From Eledone cirrhosa (lineage: Eukaryota): DNA of 64,000 nucleotides. Under the pieces are notes generated by a model. That model saw nothing but the letters and a program-made list of their open reading frames with translations. It had not been told where the DNA came from and did not search any database. Positions 13,414-64,000 of this stretch are shown piece after piece (within the stretch, counting starts at the first letter, position 1; every line of letters starts with the position of its first letter). The stretch is from contig OZ024746.1 of NCBI GenBank assembly GCA_964016885.1, positions 80,600,001-80,664,000 on the forward strand. Reading direction: 5' to 3'. The position numbers were made by a program, and so were the translations under genes.

Positions 13414-14543
13414 GTGTGTGTGTAATAAATATATGGCAGTCTCTATTTCCCTCTCTTCTTTTTCTTCTACCTCCTGGTCTTTCTTTACTCAGATTCATTT
13501 CCTCTGTGGCTGGCAACACATCTTGCCAATGATCAATGTTGGAAACAATGGAGAAAACAGTTTGTGCTAGATTATTTGACAAGATAACCTTAATATATAT
13601 ATACCCCCCCCCCCCCCTCTTCCTCCTTTCTACTCCCCTCCCTCTGCCGGCTATTTTTCTTTTTGTTTGTATTCATTTGTTTAATTTACAGATAGGAAAG
13701 AAAGACTTAACTAATCTCTCACTTGTGTGTCTATACATATTTCATTAGCTGCCAGTTTTATCATAGAAATGGATATTCACAAATAGCTGCTGCTTTTGTC
13801 ATTGACACCACCACCACCACCACTACCACCAACAGCAACATCATCACCCTTGTTGTTGCAGTGGTATTATCATCATCATCATCATCATCATCATTTACCA
13901 TCCACTTTTCCCTGTGAGCAAGGGTTGGACAGGTTGTCTCAAACCAAGACAGTTGTTAATCAGAGTTACTGACCTCTGATGGGTCAGAGGTCCCAGCATC
14001 TCATTTTCATAGGTTCCCTACACTCTAGAGTGCATTGGATGCATTCTATCATGGTATGGTTTCTACAGCTGGTTGTCACATTGCTGTTAAATTGAGAGCA
14101 CCCCCTATGTGGTCTTGGACATTGGGATTGTCAGTTTAGATACAAGGATAACATGATGTGACTGGGATCTAATATCTTTAAAATACCAAGAAACCTCTTA
14201 CATGGTGTGAACTGCCCTCCTCCCAATTTCATTAATATCTAGGATAACTTGATAGTAAGCTGTAAGCATCACAACTGAAGTATGTATTATCAGAAAATAT
14301 TAGTTGTAGTTGTTTTATATAGCCCCTGGGCCAATCTTTATTGAGCTGTTATCTGATCAGATGTATCAAACAAATCCATTATGTATTTTGCTTTTCAAGC
14401 ATAGTGTATCTGGGATTGCATTTTCCAATGTCTTTTTTTTATGTTATGGTGTGAGCCAAGGAAGCTATTTTTAGTAAGTCAAGCAGATGGCTGAGAGTAT
14501 TTGCCTATGGTTGTGGGTTTCTCATTATTAATTATTTTTCAGG

Positions 14544-14750
14544 AGGGCGGTGGATTGGCAGTATCGGTAGAGGGTCGGACGCCATGCTTTGCCGCATAGT
14601 TACGGTCCTTTATGATCTCAGTTCAAATCCCGCCGAGGTTAACTTTGCCTTTCATCCTTACGGGGTCGATAAAATAAAGTACCAGTCACGCACTGGGGTC
14701 AATTTAATCGACTTTTCCCTCCCCCAAAATTGCTGGCCTTGTGTGAAACC
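14544..14750 (+). mobile_element. SINE family A, full-length copy
   Basis: Full head gggcggtggattggcagtatcggtagag, core and ggccttgtg tail. More copies at about 15268-15420, 19568-19770, 21540-21770, 38660-38860, 61790-62170 and 62600-62765. Confidence 0.88.
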
Positions 14751-15853
14751 ATTAATTATAATTTTTCAGAAATACAAATTTGTTGCCATAAATATGCTAG
14801 ATACTGCCCTTTCTTACTTTATTTAGGCAAATTTCCAAGGCTGGCTGCCCGTCTTGCTGCCAACCCACTCTTATCCGTGTGGTAAAAGATTTGTCACCTT
14901 CACGGTGTTTTAGAAGCAAAATAATAGATAAACACATGCGCATACTAACACACTTTCACAGTTCCCATCTACTAATTTCACTCACAAGGTATTGGTCAGC
15001 TTTAGAGGGCGCAATGCAGCAAAACCGAACCCAGAATTGTAATCTTTAGAAGCAAACAGTCATGATATGCTAGATTCATTTTTTTCTGTCATAGTTTAGC
15101 TTATTCTAAGAACCTTGATTTAAATACATATTGTAGATTTACAATGGCACTCCTTAATGTTGTTTTAAACAATAGTTATTATATACTGGTCACCTTTGAA
15201 GGAAAGGAACAGATTTCAACATTATTATTATTTGATTGTAAAGGGACGTAACTATGCTGGAAAGCATGTCGGTAGAGGGTCAGACATGCTTTCCAGCATA
15301 GTTACGTTCCTTTACGATCTGAGTTCAAATCCCGCCGAGGTTAACTTTGCCTTTCATCCTTACGAGGTCGATAAAATAAAGTACCAGTAATGTACTGGGT
15401 AATTGCAAAAGTAGAAACAATTATTTGATATCTAAATTGAGTTTTCTGTATCATGAGGCACAAACATTTTTTCTGCAGCATTTGTTGGCATCCAGAAGAT
15501 ACGGTAGTTAAATTTGATCTGCAATATGAAGGTTAGTTAGGTATCTGTGAGTGGCTTGTTTAGGAGAAATACAGAAAAAAGGGTTATTTGTAAAGTGTGA
15601 GAGGATTAGCAATATATTCAATGATTGAAATTTCAGATAGAGGTGTCTAAATTCTTCCATGCCTAATAAAAAAGAGCATTTATATTCAAATATTAGGACT
15701 AAACGTATCAGTCAGGTAAACTACTAAAGACCATTGGTATGGTTTGTATAAGATCTCTCTCATGAAACACTTGAGCAATGAATTAACATCAGCTGCATGA
15801 AAAATGCTTGTTTTGATAGGAACATCTATTTGTTTTGAGTGATATTTTAAAGC

Positions 15854-16052
15854 TTAACATTTTACATTACTCTATATTTACTATTGTATTTTCACGGTAA
15901 AGGCTTTACCTCACATAAAATCAAATCTATGAGATTTTTATATTATTTATTTTGAGAACAATACCTCAACATTGGTATGAGTAGCTGGTTACGGCCGATT
16001 TGAACAGAAAGAGGTGAGAGAATTCTGACCAGTTTAAATGCTAAAGTGTTAA
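15854..16052 (+). mobile_element. piggyBac-like MITE family 1 copy
   Basis: Reverse complement of 12123-12332; ends taaatgctaaagtgttaa. Confidence 0.8.
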
Positions 16053-16755
16053 ATGTGATTAACTCTTTTGTTATAGTACTTCTAAGGAAATACACTGCCA
16101 ACTTGTTTCACTTAATTTTGAAAATAATCAAATATTTGGAGGAATTTAATAAAATAACACTCCTTAATAAGCTGATATTTAAAACATTACGTAACAAAAT
16201 ATTCTTAAATAAATAGAATTATGATGGAAAGATTTAACATAAGTATAAACATTTTAAATATTAGAAATAGCAGTCCAATTGCCCTCAGATCTCACCTTAA
16301 ATATGAATATGTTGGATAATGGTTTGTACTTGATTACAAGATAGATGGCCTTAAGTGGTCATCTTCGGTCATAGACCTGCATCATTAGGACCCAATAAGG
16401 GATAAATAATCATTAACTGAACAGGCCTGCTGGTCAATATTGAAATATCAAATTTGCAGTGACAATTTTCTTGTCTTTATAAGATATGTAAATAATATAT
16501 ACATATATCAGTTAATGGTGACGAAAGATGAGGAAAGTGTTTGTGTATATGTACTGATATATTTGAACTACATTAAAAATTGATAACCTTCTCCAGTTTG
16601 GTAGCCTGGTTTGCTATTAAACCAACACTTAACAATGATATCAATAACTTCTCAAAGAGTGATACATGTTTATTCCTTCAGTGTTGAGTGATCCAATAAG
16701 CTAAATAGAAAAAGAATTTCTATATTTGCTGTTTTCATTTTAGATAATTTAAACT

Positions 16756-16795
<40 letters not shown>

Positions 16796-19700
16796 GCACA
16801 TATACTCATTCAACACTCTCACACTCTCTTTGCCATTCCACAGTATTCTTGCTTTTTCTCCATCTATTTTGTTAAATTTCTCTCATATCTCTATTTGTTT
16901 TCTTCATCCTTTCTATATCTTATTTTACTTTCCATTTTTGTCTTTTCGACTTTTTCTCCTCATCTTTCTCATTCTCATCTACTCCTTCTTCCCCGCTTCA
17001 TGTAAGACATTCTTCAACAAAATTCCTTACATTTATCTCTACTTATAAACATTGATTGTTTTAAAAATCTCAACAAGTCTGTAATGAACTCAATTTTATA
17101 CTTGTGTTATTATGACATTTACTACAGGAATCTCAAAACTTTAATTAATTAAATGAAGGCCAAAGATACATAAAAGGTCCTTGATTTTTAAGCACTGGAA
17201 TAATTGCTTTCCACAGATAATTCATTTACAGCTGCTCCCCCCCCCTCTCTTTCCCACCACCACCACCAACTGCTAACAACTCTTAGAAATTTTCGACACT
17301 ATAATCAGTAGTAGCTGTCCTCGAATTTTATCTCTTTATATTTTCTTTTAAAAGGTTGAAATCAATTATCAGAACTGAATCTATTTCTTTTTATGTTCAT
17401 TCCTATTATACGCTTGCATTCCTGCATGCGTTTCACACACACTACTCTCAAACCACTCATCTTTTTTTCAAAACAAAACAAAGAAGAAATTTTCATCATT
17501 TTTTTTTTATAATTTTAATTTCTGTTTTAAGTTTCATGTAATCTTGAATTTTATTTTATTTTTTATTTGTTTTCCTTTGTCTTTTTTAAAAAGTATTGTT
17601 TATTTAATTATGGAAAAGGAAATATTTTCTGTTTTATTATTGATTTTAAAAAAACTCTTTATGTTAAACTTTGTGTTAATGGTGGCAAAACACCTCATAT
17701 TTCACTTGTTCTTCTTTGAAACTTTGGTGACTGCTGTTGCAGCTAGATTGTCTTTGATTTTCATCTTCTGTAATGTGAAGGAGGTTAGAAGTTTGACTCA
17801 CACTTATAAGGGTGTGGATTCGATTCCTAGACAGTGTGCTGTGCTGTGTTGTGTTTTTGTACAAGACACTTCATTTCACATTGCTTTTCATTATAGAACT
17901 GAGGCCTCCTATTATTAAAATACTCAAGGAAACTTTCTAAGAGATTCAACTTTGCAGGAGGCCAGCTAAACCTGAATAGGTCTGAACTGTAAATTTCAAT
18001 TTTCATTTCATGTAATATAATTAGTTCAGTCAACTTTCTTCCACCTTTACAACTTGTCTTTATTGTTGCCCCCACCCTCCCCTGTCTATGAATTGGCAGA
18101 AGTGTTAGGGTGTCTGATGAAATACCTTGCAGTATTTATTGTTGCCTCACATTTTGAATTCAATTCCTGCCATAGCCTGCTTGAGTGGTAGGCTTAATCT
18201 GTTACCTGGCTTGACCATCTGACCATTGGGTGATTTTTAGCAGAGCTAAGCATTCAAGCCAGCTCTCTAGTTTATGGATACCTCCCAATAGTCCCAAAGG
18301 CCCTGAAAAGGGTCATGGGAACTGCACTCCCTCTCTCTCAATGGCCTGCTCTTGTTCAGCAGACTGGTTAGAGATCTTTCCACATCTCATCTAATTGGAA
18401 GATTTCGCTGCTATTTCTAGCAGTTGGAGCAGCCATTTGTAGCAGCCTACAGAGAAATCATTATTTATGATCCATGGTTATTTTATTCTTTCCTGTTCAA
18501 ATTCCTCTCACAAGATTTGCTCTACAGTTATAAGACAATTTTACTAGAATATATTTTTTTTCTTCTGGACCTCTTTTTTTACATGGCATCCAACTTTTTA
18601 GTTAATTAACACGCCCGCCAGCCAATATGTGAAAAAATGGAAATTTTTCAGCTCATAGCTATCTAAGTTTACTTGACCTCCTATGAGGCTACATCATTTG
18701 TTTCATGGGTGTTTTGATAATGGGGATCCAGTCTTATAAAAAGCATGAAATGAAGTGTCTTGCTTAAAAATGCAACACACTATCCAATTCAGGAATCAAA
18801 ATCCAATTAACACCCTAACCGTCAGGCCATGGGCCTTATTTAAGCTAGTTTTACTTTTACTGTATTTTGTCCATGAAATGATGTTAATCTTGCTTGTGAC
18901 AACTACCATTCTACTACTGTGTTCACCCAAACAGTTTACGACTGCAAATGGCTATTGTTATCTTCTGCCACACAATCCAATCAACAGAAATTTATTAATA
19001 ATGCCACTTGTCTGCATTACTATATTGAATCTATCTCTAGCCATATTGTTCTGACATTTTATACTGTACTTGTTCTCAGTTTCAGCTTTAGTTCTCTCCT
19101 CTCCTCTACTATTCTCCATTCTCTCTGTCTTCGTCGCCCTTTCTCTTTCTCTCTTTCTCTCTCTCTCTCTCTCCTGCTTCCCTTTTGGTAAAGTCTGTTG
19201 CACTGAGAAGTTCTGACATGCTAGATAACCATCACTTGAACTGTCAATAACACCTATTGATGAAGCTTCATAGTTCACTTGAAACTTGTCCAACCATTAA
19301 CAGTGATTAGTCTGTCCTTACCAATCATTTTACTGCAGTTCTAAATTCCTACAAAATTTCACTTACTTGTCTCTCCACTTCCTCTCCTCTCACATGTATT
19401 GATAATTCCTCCATGCTACATGTTTAAAATACCATATCATTCTTTTCCCCAATACATATTGTCTGCATTAACTAAAATACCACATGACTGGCTGCCACCT
19501 TTGACTATGAGTTTAAAATTATGTTTGTTGTTAAGGGAAATGCCTCCTCATCCCAAGTTTATTAATTCAGTATCAGTAGAGCATCGAACACTGTTTTGCA
19601 GCATAGTTATGGCCCTTTACGTTCTGAATTCAAATCCTGCCGAGGTTAACCTTTGCCTTTCATCCTTACGAGTTTGAGAAAATAAAGCACCAGTAATGCA

Positions 19701-19980
19701 CTGGGGTTGATTTAATCGACTTTCCCTTCCCCTAAATTTGCTAGCCTTGTGCTTAGATCAGAAACCATTATTATTTTTATTGTGTATCATTACTGCTTTA
19801 CCAAGCACAACTCTGTGCGCCTTGGGTATGAGAGTACTTTTCTATAAAGACTGGTGCTTAGTCCCAGTTCCACAATGCTAAGCAGAAGAGATAAGTCATT
19901 TGCTGTATAGGATGTTTGCTTACCATGAGTATCATTAGCTGATGATCTTGTACCTGCTTCTAATAGCCAGGTGAACTGGG

Positions 19981-20018
<38 letters not shown>

Positions 20019-20966
20019 CCCCCCCTCCCAAAACAAAAATATTTGTGCAAGCATTCACACTATGCCTTTTAAATTTTTTGTATTTAAAAAGATTGTATTG
20101 TATATAACTTTTAGGTTTTTCTTGGATATCTATTTAGCTATTTTACTGTTCCTATCTCAGCTTACCTTCTTTCATTACCATATTTCTAATAGAAAAACAC
20201 TGCCTCTGATTTTCAAATCATTTTGAAAACAATCAAAAATTTGGAAGGATTTGCTAATATAACCAGCCTTTATTTTTATTTTTTTTATTATTAAGTTGGT
20301 GTTTGGAACTTAGAGGTTCTTAAATTAAATGATGGTGGAAGGTTTTTTTAAGATAAATATAAACACTTTAAAATATTTCCTTTTCTCCATTCTAAGTTGA
20401 ATTTAAAGAAAGAGAAAATAGTACATAAAGAAAAAGCTTCCACACACAAACACCTGTAATAGTTAATCCTTTTTTTTACCATATTTCTAATGAAAAACAT
20501 TGCCTATGATTTTTAAAGCCCTTTGAATATAATTAAGAATTTGAAGGGCTTTCTTTATTAAGCTGGTGTTTCAAACATAACAAAAGGTTCTTACATAGAA
20601 TTATGATGGAAGGGTTTTAGATAAATATAAACACTGAAATATACAGCTTTGTATCATAGAGCCAAGGGCAATTTCAGGCGGTTTGGTATCATAAGGGTCA
20701 AGCTCCCTTCGAATTTCAATTAACTATATATGTTGAACTCAAACCCAAGCTGAACTTGTATAATTATGGCTGTCTTTTGAATGTTTTATATTTAGTGTAC
20801 AATTAAACAAAAATTATATTGTATTTTGACAGTTTTTATTTTATTTTTAGCAGCATTACAAACAATAAAATATTTCAAGAATAGAATTTCTTTCACTGTA
20901 GTTATTTGAGACTAATATAACTTTTGGAAACAAAGATGGTGGTGATAGTAGAGAATTGTGGAATTG

Positions 20967-21031
<65 letters not shown>

Positions 21032-21846
21032 TCAGTTTTGAATTGAATAAATGAAATGAAAACCATACAAAAATCCCTATAAACCTGTATAAGGAACTAA
21101 GTGTACTATCACATGACTAAGCCGAGTTTACTGGAAAGAAGAGGTTGTTGATGGCAGAATCATTACATCATCATCATTGTTTTTACATTTGCTTTTCCAT
21201 GCTTGCATCAGATAAAATGTCACGAAATATTTAATCCATCTTTTTTATATTGTCTTCAAATTTTGCCATGGTCAACTTAGCAGTTCATCTGTCTGGGATC
21301 AGTATTGATTCCTACATTAGACACAAGGCCAATAATTTGGGAGGTGGGGTGAGAATGTCAATTAAATTGGACCCTAGTACTTGTACTGGTACATTATTCT
21401 ATCGATCTCAGAAGGACGAAAGGCAAAGTTGACTTCAGTGGGATTTGAATTCAGAACGTAAAGAGCTGAAACAAATACTGCTTTCCCTGCCTCTCAAATT
21501 CCAGGTCTTGTGCCTAAATTAGAACTCAATATTTTGCTAAGGGTGGAGAATTGGCAAAATTGGTAAAGCATTAGATAAAATGCCATTGCTGTATTTCTTC
21601 TGGCTCTTTACATCCTGAGTTCAAATCCTGCCACAGTCAATTTTGCCTTTCATCCTTCTGGGGGCAATAAAATAAAGTACGATTCAAGTACTGGGGTTGA
21701 TTCAATCAATTCAGCCCTTTCCCCAAATTTGGCCGGCCTTGTGTGTGCCTAAATGAGAAATCAGTATTTTGCTAATCTTATTTTTCAATTCATTATTAAC
21801 TGTTTCTTACAATTTAATTTTTCTCTACCTTTCTTTTTGTTTGCAG

Positions 21847-63075
<41,229 letters not shown>

Positions 63076-64000
63076 TGAAATATTTTTGGTTTTTCTTATG
63101 TTAACAAATATTGATAAATTTTCTTTAAGAAGCTGGAATCAAAAGAAAAAAAGAATATATCTGCTTTTCCATGCTGTCATAGATTAGATGAGACCTTTTT
63201 ATGTAGCCCGATATCTTTCTAGATGCCAACTTATATTGTTTTAAAGCATGGTGCTTATTCCACTGGGTGTCACCTGTTGAACCAGGACATAAACTGGTCC
63301 AGTTGTTTCAGGTGTCAGCATGACAACACATGTAGAATTAAACATACACATGACAGTTGTCTTTATAGTTTCTGTTTACCAAGTTATACCAACTTCCCTA
63401 GTGTTGGTGATCTACACAATAAAAGCACCCAGTACATGCTGTAAAGTGGTTGGTGTTAGAAAGGGCATCTGGCCATAGAAAGCTTGCCAAACAAGGGGTT
63501 AGAGGGGACCCTCCAGTTTGTGTCAAAAGATACTTCTCCTCTGCACACCATTTCACTGTCTAGGAGGTCAGTACTGACTTGGTCTATGTAGATCTGTCCA
63601 GCCCTTGCTAGCAGGGAAAACAGACATTAAAGGATGATGATTCTCAAAGCATTGATCAGCTCAACTCTATAGTAGATAGAACTTGTACAAAGTGACATGC
63701 AGTGGAACTCAATCTGAGAAAACCAATTGGTTGCAAAATAAACTTCTTAACCCGCAATTATAAAATAAAATATATATTTTTCATACAACCATTGTAACAT
63801 CTGTAATTCTACAAAAAAAAAAAAAAAAAAAAAAGAAATTGTGAGAGGTGAGATTTATAATATGTAATTGTTCTGACACTATAAACCAGTGGACACTATG
63901 TCTCTGCTATTTAATATGTCTAGTTTTATGAGACTAAGAAGAAGAAAAGATTAGATGTAGACTTGATTTACTTGTTAACAGTTGTTATAATGTTTCTCAT

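Noticed and set aside
1-21846. Expected upstream Q-domain exon (YYEMSYGLNIEMHKQ-like) and gene start
   Set aside because: Not found by eye; probably upstream of the window, which makes this stretch intronic.

Overview
AT-rich, microsatellite-dense eukaryotic (metazoan) genomic DNA. The SINE, RTE-LINE and MITE content and the composition suggest a coleoid cephalopod such as Octopus (inference). The window lies inside one large + strand gene encoding a Groucho/TLE transcriptional co-repressor. I traced 17 coding exons from 21847 to 63045, all GT-AG and phase-compatible (1794 nt, 598 aa). They cover the second half of the Q domain, GP, CcN, SP and most of the WD40 domain. I did not find the first Q-domain exons or the last exon, so they presumably lie outside the window. 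The frame closes only through an 11-nt microexon at 28443-28453. Skipping it, or reading through its donor, gives a Q+GP-only (AES/Grg5-like) product. The introns hold a 5'-truncated RTE LINE with a PHD-type zinc finger, an Expander/Rex3-like RTE fragment, two tRNA-type SINE families (one carrying the LINE 3' tail) and two TTAA-flanked piggyBac-like MITE families. Inverted MITE copies bracket exons. A CpG-retaining intronic zone around the second traced exon may be an internal promoter. Most ORFs in the supplied track are microsatellite artefacts.
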